Assembly (NCBI RefSeq): GCF_050920415.1
Contig: NZ_CP169309.1
DNA from: Escherichia coli
GTDB taxonomy: Bacteria; Pseudomonadota; Gammaproteobacteria; Enterobacterales; Enterobacteriaceae
Strand: one strand, 5' to 3'
Length of the DNA: 64,000 bases
The notes under the pieces are model-generated. The model was not told the DNA's origin, ran no database searches, and saw only the letters and a program-made list of their open reading frames with translations. The translations under genes were made by a program, and so were the position numbers. Positions 1-11,720 of this stretch are shown piece by piece (the first letter of the stretch is position 1; the number at the start of each line of letters is the position of its first letter).

Positions 1-1187
1 TCAATCGTAAACTGCCCATGCGGCATAGAGAGTGCATGCATACTGTCGGTGATCAGCTGTGCCAACTCATTTGCATAATGCTGGCGTTGCTGGTGTAACG
101 CGCGCGCCGTTTCCAGTGCCTGCTGATGATGTTTCGTTACCGCCAGCGCGAGCGTTTCTTGTGAGTCGGCCTGATTGTCCAGTTGCTGCTGCTCTTCCAG
201 TAGCGACTGGTAATACTGTGGCAATACCTCAGGGCTGACGTGATGTTTACGTGCCAGCGAAATCTGTTTTGAGATGCGCTGTTCAAGTTCAAACAGTCGG
301 TTGGGATCGAGATCCAGACGATCGCAGTAGTGGCGTAGTTCGTCGCTGGCTTCAACAATCTGGATGGTAGCTTCTTCCAGCATATCAAGTACGCCGGACA
401 GTTTGCTGTCCATGCCAATCAATTCGCTCACCAGTTGTTTAGCCGTGTAAAGCTGACTTTGCAGGTTTGCGTCTTCGCCGTCGGCCATTAATGCCAATGC
501 ATTCTGGCTGGTGGTCAGCAATTGACCGCTGTTCGCCAGACGTTTGTACTCTTCGTCGATTTGCTCAAACTCTCCGGGCTGCGGATTAAATTCGTTCAGT
601 TCTTTTAATTGGTATTGCAGCAGCTCCGCACGAGCGGCGCGTTCCTGACTTAACTGTTGATGATGCGCGAGGTCGCGGCAGCTTTGATGCCACAACTGAT
701 AACGTGCGGTCATTTCCTGAAGCAGAGAGGTTTCATTGGCATAGCCATCAAGCAGGAATTTTTGGTGCTCGGGTTTGGTGAGTAATTGATGGGCGTGCTG
801 ACCATGGATCTGAATGAGCAACTGGCCCAGTTCGCGCAGTTGTGACAGTGGAACAGCTGTACCGTTGATAAAACCACGAGAGCGACCATCGCTACTGATT
901 ACGCGACGAAGCAGGCATTCACGGCCATCTTCCAGTTGGTTTTCTTCCAGCCAGCGCAGTGCTGCGGGTGTATCTTTCAGAGAAAAACGGGCGCACAGAT
1001 CTGCGCGAGCAGCGCCGGTACGCACCATGTCGGCTTCAGCGCGACCGCCGAGACAAAGGCCCAGGGCATCTATTGCAATAGATTTACCCGCGCCAGTCTC
1101 GCCGGTGATTACGGTCATGCCGCTGTGAAAATCAATCTCAAGCTCACGAACGATAGCAAAGTTGCTGATGGTCAGTTGTGCCAACAT
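1..1187 (-). CDS. recN: DNA repair protein RecN, N-terminal ~395 codons; 3' end runs off the window
   Basis: Minus-strand ORF from ATG at 1185-1187 translating [36 protein letters not shown] (Walker A); not in ORF track because no stop in window; LexA boxes upstream. Confidence 0.9.
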   Translation of the reverse strand, partial: MLAQLTISNFAIVRELEIDFHSGMTVITGETGAGKSIAIDALGLCLGGRAEADMVRTGAARADLCARFSLKDTPAALRWLEENQLEDGRECLLRRVISSDGRSRGFINGTAVPLSQLRELGQLLIQIHGQHAHQLLTKPEHQKFLLDGYANETSLLQEMTARYQLWHQSCRDLAHHQQLSQERAARAELLQYQLKELNEFNPQPGEFEQIDEEYKRLANSGQLLTTSQNALALMADGEDANLQSQLYTAKQLVSELIGMDSKLSGVLDMLEEATIQIVEASDELRHYCDRLDLDPNRLFELEQRISKQISLARKHHVSPEVLPQYYQSLLEEQQQLDNQADSQETLALAVTKHHQQALETARALHQQRQHYANELAQLITDSMHALSMPHGQFTI

Positions 1188-1215
1188 AGTTGTTTTCCTG
1201 TATGAAAAACCATTA

Positions 1216-1253
1216 CTGTTATTGTGTACAGTATAAACTGGTTTTATATACAG
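1216..1253. promoter_or_regulatory. recN: Tandem LexA (SOS) operators in the recN promoter
   Basis: CTGT-N8-ACAG at 1216-1231 and CTGG-N8-ACAG at 1238-1253, 30-70 bp upstream of the recN ATG. Confidence 0.7.
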
Positions 1254-1272
1254 TAAAGAGGCTGGCGTAAAA

Positions 1273-2151
1273 TTAGAATAATTTTTTTGACCAGCCGAGC
1301 TTGGTGCTTAATGTATTGAAATAACTGTAATCTTTCGGATGAATCAGATTCAGATGGTAATCACAGCGACGAATCAGGACATCTTCTCCTTCCTGAATCG
1401 GCAGTGCTATCTGACTGTCGCAACTGATTTCCAGGTCGTTACGGCGATGTGAAAAACGCAGACGGATCGTGCTGCTGCTGTTTATGACCAGTGGTCGTGC
1501 TGACAACGTATGCGGGAACATGGGCACCAGGGTAATCGCATCCAGAGAAGGCGTCAGGATTGGACCGCCTGCCGAGAGAGAATAGGCAGTAGAGCCTGTA
1601 GGTGTCGAAATAATCAGGCCATCGGAACGCTGCGAAAACGCAAAGATCTCGTCGATATATACTTCGAATTCAATCATATGCGCCACTTTTCCTGGGTGAA
1701 GCACCACTTCATTTATCGCGGTGCTGATGCGCTTTTGGCAATCTTGCTGACAGACTTGCGCTTCCAGCAAAAAACGTTTCTCGCTGATGTAGTGACCTTC
1801 CAGCACATCGGCTAATTGTTGCTGAGCGTTATCGGGGTCAAGGTCGGTCAGGAAACCCAGGTTGCCACGGTTGATTCCAATAACTTTAATATCGTAACGG
1901 GCGAGTGTGCGCGCCGCGCCCAGCATATTACCGTCGCCACCAACGACTACCGCGAGATCAGCCAGTTGCCCAATCTCCGCGAGCGTGCCAGTTTTCACAT
2001 TCTTCAGTTGCAGTTCGTGAGCGATTTGTTGCTCAACGATGACCTCGTAACCTTTTGTGCACAGCCAGCGGTAGAGCATTTCATGTGTTGTCAGTGCAGT
2101 AGGGTGCCGTGGGTGTCCCACAATGCCAATACACTTGAAATGATTATTCAT
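1273..2151 (-). CDS. nadK: NAD kinase
   Basis: 292-aa [20 protein letters not shown]... with GGDG motif; conserved position between recN and grpE. Confidence 0.95.
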
Positions 2152-2197
2152 TTTTCCGAGGTCCTTGTTGCGAAGATTGATGACAATGTGAGTGCTT

Positions 2198-2228
2198 CCC
2201 TTGAAACCCTGAAACTGATCCCCATAAT
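2198..2228 (+). promoter_or_regulatory. grpE: sigma32 heat-shock promoter of grpE
   Basis: cccTTGAAA at 2198-2206, 13-bp spacer, CCCCATAAT at 2220-2228; matches sigma32 consensus CTTGAAA-N13-15-CCCCATnT. Confidence 0.6.
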
Positions 2229-2240
2229 AAGCGAAGTTAG

Positions 2241-2867
<627 letters not shown>

Positions 2868-2888
2868 TTTCTGCTTTCGTAATAAATC

Positions 2889-2920
2889 ACGGCCCAGCAT
2901 GCGAATGCCGGGCCGTTTTC
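2889..2920. terminator. Hairpin plus T-run between convergent grpE and yfjD, probable bidirectional terminator
   Basis: cggccc...gggccg stem 2891-2916 followed by tttt 2917-2920. Confidence 0.5.
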
Positions 2921-2921
2921 G

Positions 2922-4208
2922 TTACTCCGCCACACTCTCACGCAGCGGTTTCACAGGAAAAACTTTTACCTGCTTAATCATATTGTCCTGTACATCGAGA
3001 ATATCGATATCGTACTCGCCAATACGCACGCGAGTTCCTGCGACAGGAATCTCTTCCAGTGCCTCAAGAATGACGCCATTAACCGTTCGTGCATCATCTT
3101 CCGGTAGATGCCAGTTAAAGGCTTTGTTGATTTCCCGCACGTTGGCAGTGCCATCGATAATCACCGAACCGTCGTTTTGCGGCGTGACCTCTTCGGCGAG
3201 CGTTGGCGACATCGACGTGGTGAAATCACCAACAATCTCTTCGAGAATATCTTCGACCGTCACCAGACCCTGAATATCTCCATACTCGTTGACGACCAGG
3301 CCGACTTTCTTTTTGTTGCGCTGAAACTTCACCAGCTGCGTGCTGAGCGGCGTACCTTCCGGGACAAAATAGATTTCGTCCGCGGCGCGTAGCATGGTTT
3401 CTTTGGTGAACTCTTTTTTCTCCGACATCAACCGCCAGGCTTCACGCACACGCAGCATACTGATGGCGTCGTCCAGCGAGTCACGGTAGAGCACGATGCG
3501 TCCGTGAGGTGAGTGGGAGAGTTGGCGGAGAATCGATTTCCAGTCATCGTTGATATCAATACCGATAATTTCACTACGCGGCACCATGATGTCATCGACG
3601 GTCATCTTTTCCAGATCGAGTACCGACAGCAGCATATCCTGATTGCGACGGGAAATTTGTGAGCGCGATTCGTGCACGATAGTACGCAACTCTTCTTTGC
3701 TCAAAGAGCCGCTAACCACGATATCGGTTTTGATGCCCATCATGCGCATTAACATTCGGGTAATAGCATTCAGCAACCAGACCAGCGGCATCATCAAAAT
3801 TTGTAGCGGTGCCAGCAGAAAACTACTTGGATAGGCGACTTTTTCCGGGTACAGCGCGGCAATGGTTTTCGGCAATACTTCAGCAAAAACCAGTACGACA
3901 AAAGTTAGTACACCAGTCGCAATTGCCACGCCCGCATCCCCGTACAAACGCATCCCCACAATAGTACCGAGCGCGGAGGCAAGAATATTGACCAGGTTAT
4001 TGCCGATTAACACCAGGCTTATCAGGCGGTCTGGCTTACGCAGCAATTTTTCGACGCGTTTGGCCGAGCGATTACCCTGTTTCGCCATATGCCGCAGACG
4101 ATAGCGGTTGAGTGTCATCATTCCGGTTTCGGACCCGGAAAAATAGGCTGAAATGACCACCATGATGATCAGAATAATGATCAACGTAGTAGTAGAAATG
4201 TGTTCCAG
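2922..4208 (-). CDS. yfjD: CNNM/CorC-family inner membrane protein YfjD (DUF21-CBS-CorC_HlyC); CTG occupies the expected start codon position
   Basis: ORF track gives 2922-4184 (420 aa); frame stays open upstream to an SD aaggag followed 6 nt later by CTG at 4206-4208, giving 428 codons, the K-12 YfjD length as recalled. Confidence 0.85.
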   Translation of the reverse strand: MEHISTTTLIIILIIMVVISAYFSGSETGMMTLNRYRLRHMAKQGNRSAKRVEKLLRKPDRLISLVLIGNNLVNILASALGTIVGMRLYGDAGVAIATGVLTFVVLVFAEVLPKTIAALYPEKVAYPSSFLLAPLQILMMPLVWLLNAITRMLMRMMGIKTDIVVSGSLSKEELRTIVHESRSQISRRNQDMLLSVLDLEKMTVDDIMVPRSEIIGIDINDDWKSILRQLSHSPHGRIVLYRDSLDDAISMLRVREAWRLMSEKKEFTKETMLRAADEIYFVPEGTPLSTQLVKFQRNKKKVGLVVNEYGDIQGLVTVEDILEEIVGDFTTSMSPTLAEEVTPQNDGSVIIDGTANVREINKAFNWHLPEDDARTVNGVILEALEEIPVAGTRVRIGEYDIDILDVQDNMIKQVKVFPVKPLRESVAE

Positions 4209-4228
4209 GGGAAACTCCTTTTCTGGGT

Positions 4229-5095
4229 TTAGCTGATTAACTGCTGGACAATTCGGCTGCCGAAGTAGGCCAGTGTCAGAATGACTGCACCCGCAACGTT
4301 AAACCAGACGACGCGGCGTCCACGCCATCCTTCATGATAATGTCCCCACAGCAGCACAATATAGACAAACCACGCCACGATAGAGAGCACGGCCTTGTCG
4401 ATATTTTCCATGCTAAATAAGTTGTGCATGTAGAACAGGCCAGTGCAAAGAGTGAGCGTTAACAGCACCACGCCAATCTGCGTGATGTGGAACATTTTAC
4501 GCTCGATACTCATCAACGGCGGCATTTCCTGGTTAAACGCCAGCTTCTTGTTCTTCAGTTGGTAATCAATCCACGCCAGTTGTAATGCATACAGAGCGGC
4601 GATAATCAGCGTGGCATAGGAAAAGAGCGATAAGCCAATGTGCACCAGCATCCCAGGCGTTGCTTCCAGATGGGTGATGTATTCATTGGGCATAAAGGTT
4701 GCCAGCGCCAGGTTGATAAGCGCAAAGGCATAGACAATGGGTAGCAGTAACCAGCCACGATTGCGGGAAGCCACGATGGTCATTACCGTACAGATCATCA
4801 AACTGACCAGCGAACCAACGTTCAGTAAGCTGAGGTTTTGTCCGCTATCACCGTCGGGCAAGATGCGGGCTTCCAGAGCGATTGCGTGGCAGACCAGCGC
4901 GATGACCGCAGAAATAATAGCCATGCGCCGCCAGCCGCCGTTTTTTTGCAGCAGACCGGGAACAATCAGCGCAAGACTGACGGAGTAGGCGACAAGCGCG
5001 AGCAGAGCAAAAACGGGCATAGTAATGTCGACAGTTTGAGCAATAAGAAAGAGAAGCAGTATAGCGTCAGGTGAACGCTGCTCCAACCGTTGCAT
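4229..5095 (-). CDS. ypjD: Inner membrane protein YpjD (cytochrome c assembly-like family); true start probably the internal Met at 5020
   Basis: 288-aa ORF; polytopic hydrophobic protein ...MPVFALLALVAYSVSLALIVPGLLQKNGGWRRMAIISAVIALVCHAIALE... Confidence 0.85.
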   Translation of the reverse strand: MQRLEQRSPDAILLLFLIAQTVDITMPVFALLALVAYSVSLALIVPGLLQKNGGWRRMAIISAVIALVCHAIALEARILPDGDSGQNLSLLNVGSLVSLMICTVMTIVASRNRGWLLLPIVYAFALINLALATFMPNEYITHLEATPGMLVHIGLSLFSYATLIIAALYALQLAWIDYQLKNKKLAFNQEMPPLMSIERKMFHITQIGVVLLTLTLCTGLFYMHNLFSMENIDKAVLSIVAWFVYIVLLWGHYHEGWRGRRVVWFNVAGAVILTLAYFGSRIVQQLIS

Positions 5096-5186
5096 AACAA
5101 CAAAGACGCCTTCATGTTATACTGCGGCAAAATACTGATGATGTGTCGCGATTGCGGCCAACCGTTTCCACCCCAGGCGAGAGACA

Positions 5187-6548
5187 ATGTTTGATAATTT
5201 AACCGATCGTTTGTCGCGCACGCTGCGCAATATCAGTGGCCGTGGACGCCTCACTGAAGACAACGTAAAAGATACGCTGCGCGAAGTGCGCATGGCGCTG
5301 CTGGAGGCGGACGTCGCCCTGCCGGTAGTGCGTGAGTTTATCAATCGCGTAAAAGAGAAAGCGGTTGGTCATGAAGTTAATAAGAGCCTGACGCCGGGGC
5401 AGGAGTTCGTCAAAATCGTCCGTAACGAACTGGTTGCGGCGATGGGCGAAGAGAACCAGACCCTGAATCTGGCTGCGCAACCGCCAGCGGTGGTACTGAT
5501 GGCGGGCCTGCAAGGTGCCGGTAAAACAACCAGCGTGGGCAAGCTCGGTAAGTTCCTGCGTGAGAAGCACAAGAAAAAAGTGCTGGTGGTTTCTGCCGAC
5601 GTTTATCGTCCGGCGGCAATCAAACAGCTGGAGACGCTGGCAGAGCAGGTGGGTGTTGATTTCTTCCCTTCTGATGTTGGTCAGAAGCCGGTTGATATCG
5701 TTAACGCGGCGCTGAAAGAAGCCAAACTGAAATTCTACGACGTGTTGCTGGTGGATACCGCCGGTCGTTTGCACGTTGACGAAGCGATGATGGACGAGAT
5801 CAAGCAGGTCCATGCATCGATTAATCCGGTTGAAACTTTGTTCGTGGTTGACGCCATGACCGGTCAGGATGCGGCCAATACGGCAAAAGCATTCAATGAA
5901 GCGTTACCGCTGACCGGTGTGGTACTGACTAAAGTCGACGGCGATGCCCGTGGCGGTGCGGCGCTCTCTATTCGTCACATTACGGGCAAACCGATCAAGT
6001 TCCTCGGTGTTGGCGAGAAAACTGAGGCGCTGGAGCCGTTCCATCCGGACCGTATCGCTTCCCGTATTCTCGGCATGGGCGACGTACTGTCGCTGATCGA
6101 AGATATCGAAAGCAAAGTTGACCGCGCGCAGGCAGAGAAATTAGCCAGCAAGCTGAAAAAAGGTGACGGCTTCGATCTCAACGACTTCCTTGAGCAACTG
6201 CGCCAGATGAAAAATATGGGCGGCATGGCTAGCCTGATGGGCAAACTGCCGGGCATGGGGCAGATCCCGGATAACGTCAAGTCGCAGATGGACGATAAAG
6301 TGCTGGTGCGTATGGAAGCCATCATCAACTCGATGACGATGAAAGAGCGCGCTAAGCCAGAAATCATCAAAGGTTCGCGTAAACGCCGTATCGCTGCCGG
6401 TTGCGGTATGCAGGTGCAGGACGTTAACCGTCTTCTGAAACAGTTCGACGACATGCAGCGCATGATGAAGAAAATGAAGAAGGGCGGAATGGCGAAGATG
6501 ATGAGAAGCATGAAAGGGATGATGCCGCCGGGATTTCCTGGTCGCTAA
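5187..6548 (+). CDS. ffh: Signal recognition particle protein Ffh
   Basis: 453-aa ORF MFDNLTDRLSRTLRNISGRGRLTEDNVKDTLREVRMALLEADV..., GTPase motifs and Met-rich C-terminal M domain. Confidence 0.97.
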   Translation: MFDNLTDRLSRTLRNISGRGRLTEDNVKDTLREVRMALLEADVALPVVREFINRVKEKAVGHEVNKSLTPGQEFVKIVRNELVAAMGEENQTLNLAAQPPAVVLMAGLQGAGKTTSVGKLGKFLREKHKKKVLVVSADVYRPAAIKQLETLAEQVGVDFFPSDVGQKPVDIVNAALKEAKLKFYDVLLVDTAGRLHVDEAMMDEIKQVHASINPVETLFVVDAMTGQDAANTAKAFNEALPLTGVVLTKVDGDARGGAALSIRHITGKPIKFLGVGEKTEALEPFHPDRIASRILGMGDVLSLIEDIESKVDRAQAEKLASKLKKGDGFDLNDFLEQLRQMKNMGGMASLMGKLPGMGQIPDNVKSQMDDKVLVRMEAIINSMTMKERAKPEIIKGSRKRRIAAGCGMQVQDVNRLLKQFDDMQRMMKKMKKGGMAKMMRSMKGMMPPGFPGR

Positions 6549-6606
6549 ATGACCTTATGCGACAGAGTTATTAACTGCTGATTGCATTTTCTCCAGAAAT
6601 CAGTAA

Positions 6607-6933
<327 letters not shown>

Positions 6934-6951
6934 TCTGTCACGGTGGTCATG

Positions 6952-7500
6952 ATGAGCAAACAACTCACCGCGCAAGCACCTGTTGATCCCATCGTTTTGG
7001 GAAAAATGGGTTCGTCTTACGGTATTCGTGGGTGGCTCAGAGTGTTTTCTTCCACCGAAGACGCCGAAAGCATTTTTGACTATCAGCCCTGGTTTATCCA
7101 GAAGGCGGGTCAGTGGCAGCAAGTCCAGCTGGAAAGCTGGAAGCACCACAATCAGGACATGATCATCAAGCTGAAAGGCGTTGACGATCGTGATGCGGCG
7201 AACCTGCTGACGAATTGTGAAATTGTCGTGGATTCATCGCAGCTGCCTCAGCTTGAAGAGGGTGACTACTACTGGAAAGACCTGATGGGCTGCCAGGTAG
7301 TAACCACTGAAGGCTACGATCTCGGTAAAGTCGTCGATATGATGGAAACCGGATCTAATGACGTTCTCGTCATTAAGGCAAACCTGAAAGATGCGTTTGG
7401 TATCAAGGAACGACTTGTACCGTTCCTCGATGGGCAGGTTATCAAGAAAGTCGATCTCACTACTCGTTCAATCGAAGTAGATTGGGATCCTGGTTTTTAA
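6952..7500 (+). CDS. rimM: Ribosome maturation factor RimM
   Basis: [21 protein letters not shown]...; start placed at ATG 6952 to give 182 aa; ORF track begins at GTG 6943. Confidence 0.93.
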
Positions 7501-7530
7501 ACCACCGGATAAACGGTAAAAGACGGCGCT

Positions 7531-8298
7531 ATGTGGATTGGCATAATTAGCCTGTTTCCTGAAATGTTCCGCGCAATTACCGATTACGGGGTAACTGGCC
7601 GGGCAGTTAAAAATGGCCTGCTGAGCATCCAGAGCTGGAGTCCTCGTGACTTCACGCATGACCGGCACCGTACCGTGGACGATCGTCCTTACGGCGGCGG
7701 ACCGGGGATGTTAATGATGGTGCAACCTTTACGGGACGCCATTCATGCAGCAAAAGCCGCGGCGGGTGAAGGCGCAAAGGTGATTTATCTGTCACCGCAG
7801 GGGCGCAAGCTTGATCAAGCAGGCGTCAGCGAACTGGCAACGAATCAAAAATTGATTCTGGTGTGCGGTCGCTACGAAGGTATAGATGAGCGCGTGATCC
7901 AAACCGAAATTGACGAAGAATGGTCAATCGGCGATTACGTTCTCAGTGGTGGTGAGTTACCCGCAATGACGCTGATTGACTCCGTTTCCCGGTTTATTCC
8001 GGGAGTACTGGGACATGAAGCTTCGGCAACGGAAGACTCCTTTGCTGAAGGATTGCTGGATTGCCCGCACTATACGCGGCCTGAGGTGTTAGAAGGGATG
8101 GAAGTTCCGTCAGTGTTACTGTCGGGCAACCATGCCGAGATACGTCGCTGGCGTTTGAAACAGTCGCTGGGCCGTACCTGGCTTAGAAGACCTGAACTTC
8201 TGGAAAACCTGGCTCTGACTGAAGAGCAAGCAAGGTTGCTGGCGGAGTTCAAAACGGAACACGCACAACAGCAACATAAACATGATGGGATGGCGTAA
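7531..8298 (+). CDS. trmD: tRNA (guanine37-N1)-methyltransferase TrmD
   Basis: 255-aa [34 protein letters not shown]... Confidence 0.97.
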   Translation: MWIGIISLFPEMFRAITDYGVTGRAVKNGLLSIQSWSPRDFTHDRHRTVDDRPYGGGPGMLMMVQPLRDAIHAAKAAAGEGAKVIYLSPQGRKLDQAGVSELATNQKLILVCGRYEGIDERVIQTEIDEEWSIGDYVLSGGELPAMTLIDSVSRFIPGVLGHEASATEDSFAEGLLDCPHYTRPEVLEGMEVPSVLLSGNHAEIRRWRLKQSLGRTWLRRPELLENLALTEEQARLLAEFKTEHAQQQHKHDGMA

Positions 8299-8336
8299 GC
8301 CCCCGAGATATCAGTTTACCCAGGATAAGAGATTAA

Positions 8337-8687
<351 letters not shown>

Positions 8688-8716
8688 GATTTCGCTTAAG
8701 CGACATCCTGTTAAGA

Positions 8717-8747
8717 AGGGCTGGCCAATTGGCTGGCCCTTTTTTTG
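8717..8747 (+). terminator. Rho-independent terminator of the rpsP-rimM-trmD-rplS operon
   Basis: Hairpin agggctggccaattggctggccct 8717-8740 followed by T6 8741-8746. Confidence 0.55.
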
Positions 8748-8763
8748 TCTGTTTGCTCGTGTT

Positions 8764-9246
8764 TTAAGGGGTTGTAATCACCACTGCGACGCGGCGGTTC
8801 TCGGCGCGACCCTGGGCGGTCTTGTTACTGGCTATGGGATATTTTTTTCCTAAACCCTGTGTGGTGAGATTTCTGCGCGGAATTTGTCCACCCATAGCCC
8901 ATGCATCGGCCACAACATTCGCCCGTTTCAATGATAAGGCTTCGTTGTAACTGTCTTCACCATAGTTGTCGGTGTGTCCATCCATACGGGCATGCGTTAG
9001 CCCTGTCGAGGCCAATTTGGCTGCCATGGTTTGGATCTGTTGCTGGCTTTCCGGGAGCAATTTGTAGTCATTTTTTGCGAACAGAATGGCATCTGATAAT
9101 CCCAGCGACCAGTCGCCGGCGGATTCAGTAAATCCATAAGATTGCATAGCGGCAACTTGCTCAGGAGTAAACTTTCCCTGAGGGGACTGGCAGCCAGTCA
9201 GTACTAGCGAGGTGAAAATCAGGGGTGCTACCAGGTGCTTTATCAT
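8764..9246 (-). CDS. yfiB: OmpA-family outer membrane lipoprotein YfiB
   Basis: 160-aa ORF with lipoprotein signal (LTGC) and OmpA-like C-terminal domain; last gene of yfiR-yfiN-yfiB. Confidence 0.9.
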   Translation of the reverse strand: MIKHLVAPLIFTSLVLTGCQSPQGKFTPEQVAAMQSYGFTESAGDWSLGLSDAILFAKNDYKLLPESQQQIQTMAAKLASTGLTHARMDGHTDNYGEDSYNEALSLKRANVVADAWAMGGQIPRRNLTTQGLGKKYPIASNKTAQGRAENRRVAVVITTP

Positions 9247-9261
9247 ATCGATATATCCTTG

Positions 9262-10488
9262 TTATCTCACCAGCTTTTCGGCACGCTGGTGTTTGGCCTG
9301 ATACATATTGTGATCGGCCAGCTCTTGTAATTTTTCCGCAGAGGCATGCTCAATGGTCATCGCGTAACCAATGCTTAATGTCATGGTGGTCTGATGACCA
9401 TTATGAAGATCAAACGGGCGATTAAAGATTTGTGTCAGTGCTGAGCAAATCCGCTGTACTTCGGATTCCGACTGTACACCAAAGAGGACCATCGCAAATT
9501 CATCGCCGCCTATGCGGTATGCTTTATGTTGCAGCCCGCCAAATTCAGCTAACCGTTTTGCTACCTCAATCAAGACACGATCGCCCGTCGCATGACCCCA
9601 GGTATCATTGATATATTTGAAATTATCGCCATCAAGAAATAGTAACGCCGACGTTTTTCGGGCGTCGGAACTGCTCATCAACGTGTTGATGCCGCTACGA
9701 AACGCAGCCCGGTTCGCCAGCCCGGTTAATGGGTCATGTAGCGCGGTACGTAGCAGCTGCGCATTTTTAGCCTGTAAGCGAAGCTGCCACTCTTCCATTT
9801 CATCCAGCAGACTGTTGAAGTCGAGAGCGAAGCGGTGAAACTCAGCGATACGTTCTTCCGAAACTCGTCGGGAAAAATTGCGGTTGGAACGCACATCATG
9901 TACGACATCGGTGATATTTTTCAGCGCTTCCACCAGGCCATTGTGCAAATGGCGGGTGAGGGTAATTGCGATGCCTGATGCCAGCAGAATACAACCGGTC
10001 AGGACAGCGAGCGAAAACCAGATAAAATGGCTGATCGAGCTGTCGCGAGCGGTTAAGCGTACTTCGCCAATGGTTTCACCATTGTGACGAATCGGCTGAG
10101 TGATGGGGGCAGGGAAGAGCCAGTGGCTTATGAAATTGCTGAAAGTATCGCCTGGATCCTTACGGGTGTAATGCCAGGATGCCAGAATATTTTGCTGCTT
10201 ATCACGCACTTCTGCAGTTGAAAATTGCCCTTGCTTCCCCAGCGCTGCCAGTGTTTGAGTTGCTGCAGGGCCATCGGCAAAAACGACCGCTGCTTCCAGA
10301 CTGTAAGTCATTGTTGCTGCTGTCAGTGCCAGGTTTTTTTGCGCGTACTGTTTCAGAGTCAGCACCGAGGTCACGGAAAGCAGCAACCAGATCAGCATCA
10401 TAGTGATAAATATGCTGGTCATACTGATGTTGCGTAATGCTCTTTTAAACGTGGGGCGCTTATTAAGAGAATTATCGTTATCCATCAT
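9262..10488 (-). CDS. dgcN: Inner membrane diguanylate cyclase DgcN (YfiN), HAMP-GGDEF
   Basis: 408-aa ORF with N-terminal TM segments and C-terminal GGDEF domain (RIGGDEF present). Confidence 0.9.
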   Translation of the reverse strand: MMDNDNSLNKRPTFKRALRNISMTSIFITMMLIWLLLSVTSVLTLKQYAQKNLALTAATMTYSLEAAVVFADGPAATQTLAALGKQGQFSTAEVRDKQQNILASWHYTRKDPGDTFSNFISHWLFPAPITQPIRHNGETIGEVRLTARDSSISHFIWFSLAVLTGCILLASGIAITLTRHLHNGLVEALKNITDVVHDVRSNRNFSRRVSEERIAEFHRFALDFNSLLDEMEEWQLRLQAKNAQLLRTALHDPLTGLANRAAFRSGINTLMSSSDARKTSALLFLDGDNFKYINDTWGHATGDRVLIEVAKRLAEFGGLQHKAYRIGGDEFAMVLFGVQSESEVQRICSALTQIFNRPFDLHNGHQTTMTLSIGYAMTIEHASAEKLQELADHNMYQAKHQRAEKLVR

Positions 10489-10996
10489 TTTTCTTCCGTG
10501 CGAGCATTAAGACATCCGGGTTGACCTTTACACCGCTACGCGATAAGGCATCCAGGTTTACGGCAAATCTGACGTCATTATTGTGGATGATCAGACAAAA
10601 GGCGCTACCAATAATGCAATCGGTATTTTGTTCGGCAATTAATAATAACGCCTTTGACGGATATTGTTCGGTTAATTCCATCTGGAATGTCGGTGACTCC
10701 TTGCCAAAATAAAAACCATTGCAGCCTGAAATCATCGCCTCTTGTTGAGTGTGAATGATGACAGGCAAATAAGGCAAAGATGTCGCGGCATTCTCTTGTA
10801 GGGCGGTACTAAAACGTGAAGATGAAAAGATACATAACTTTGGTGGCCCTGATAGCACGGGCCAGCGGGTGTAACTGACAATACCGGAAACCATCATACG
10901 CACGTTTTTCGCAACGTCAGAAGGTTCCTGAGCGAGTATTGGTGCTCCCGTCAGCAGGAGAATCAGCAGTAAGAACAGTCGGTGAGAAAAACGCAT
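10478..10996 (-). CDS. yfiR: Periplasmic repressor of DgcN, YfiR
   Basis: 172-aa ORF with signal peptide [24 protein letters not shown]; overlaps dgcN start by 11 nt. Confidence 0.9.
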   Translation of the reverse strand: MRFSHRLFLLLILLLTGAPILAQEPSDVAKNVRMMVSGIVSYTRWPVLSGPPKLCIFSSSRFSTALQENAATSLPYLPVIIHTQQEAMISGCNGFYFGKESPTFQMELTEQYPSKALLLIAEQNTDCIIGSAFCLIIHNNDVRFAVNLDALSRSGVKVNPDVLMLARKKNDG

Positions 10997-11145
10997 TCAG
11001 GGATCCTCACCATCTTCGCTCGAAATGCATCGATATTTTTTCAGAATGCTCATTAAAATATCATTCTTTCATGCGTTCGTCATCAATGTGAGAAATAAAA
11101 CACAATGAGTAGAATCTCATGTTTAATTTATTTGTGGGGGTTTAA

Positions 11146-11550
11146 TTAATTTAATCGTATTGTGCTGGCATTTTCATCAGCCCCTTTTTGCCATACTTCA
11201 TGCAGTTGGCTGGCATTTTCAACATTGTTGCAGCTGGCAGGAAAGATTTTACCGGAAAGTCCTCGGGCATAAGTAAAATCGGTCTGGCAAGTTTTCTTTT
11301 GTCCTTCGGCATATCCTTTAAGGTATAGACCGCGATCCGCCTGTGAATCGCTAAATGCATCGTCTTCTTTTATGGCGTTGCCCGATATCGCATCTTCCAT
11401 ACCAACATCATACCAGTCGGTGCTGGTCAAGGTTGGCGCGTGAGTATAAGGATCAATCTGACATCCGCTAACCAGTAAAGCCAACAAGGGGGCGATAAAC
11501 TTTTTCATCATTTCTTTCTCCTTTTTCAAAGCATAGCGGATTGTTTTCAA
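11146..11550 (-). CDS. yfiL: Lipoprotein YfiL (DUF2799); start may be an internal Met near 11511
   Basis: 134-aa ORF with lipobox LLVSGC. Confidence 0.8.
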   Translation of the reverse strand: MKTIRYALKKEKEMMKKFIAPLLALLVSGCQIDPYTHAPTLTSTDWYDVGMEDAISGNAIKEDDAFSDSQADRGLYLKGYAEGQKKTCQTDFTYARGLSGKIFPASCNNVENASQLHEVWQKGADENASTIRLN

Positions 11551-11556
11551 AGGCGA

Positions 11557-11626
11557 TGTAAATTTATTTATACATAAACAAGGGTTAAAAGCGCGAATAA
11601 ATTGCTTGTGTAAAGAAAAATGTACG
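11557..11626. promoter_or_regulatory. aroF: TyrR boxes in the aroF promoter
   Basis: TGTAAA-N6-TATACA at 11557-11574 and TGTAAA-N6-TGTACG at 11609-11626, upstream of the aroF ATG at 11721. Confidence 0.55.
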
Positions 11627-11720
11627 AAATATGGATTGAAAACTTTACTTTATGTGTTATCGTTACGTCATCCTCGCTGAGGATCAACTATCGCAAACGA
11701 GCATAAACAGGATCGCCATC

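Noticed and set aside
11652-11720. Upstream extensions of ORF-track CDSs (aroF, rpsP, rpoE, rseA, pdxJ, trmN6, yfiF, grcA, tapT, yfhL, yfhH, clpB)
   Set aside because: In each case the recognised protein begins at an internal Met with a plausible SD; the extension runs through promoter or leader sequence (for aroF, through the TyrR boxes).
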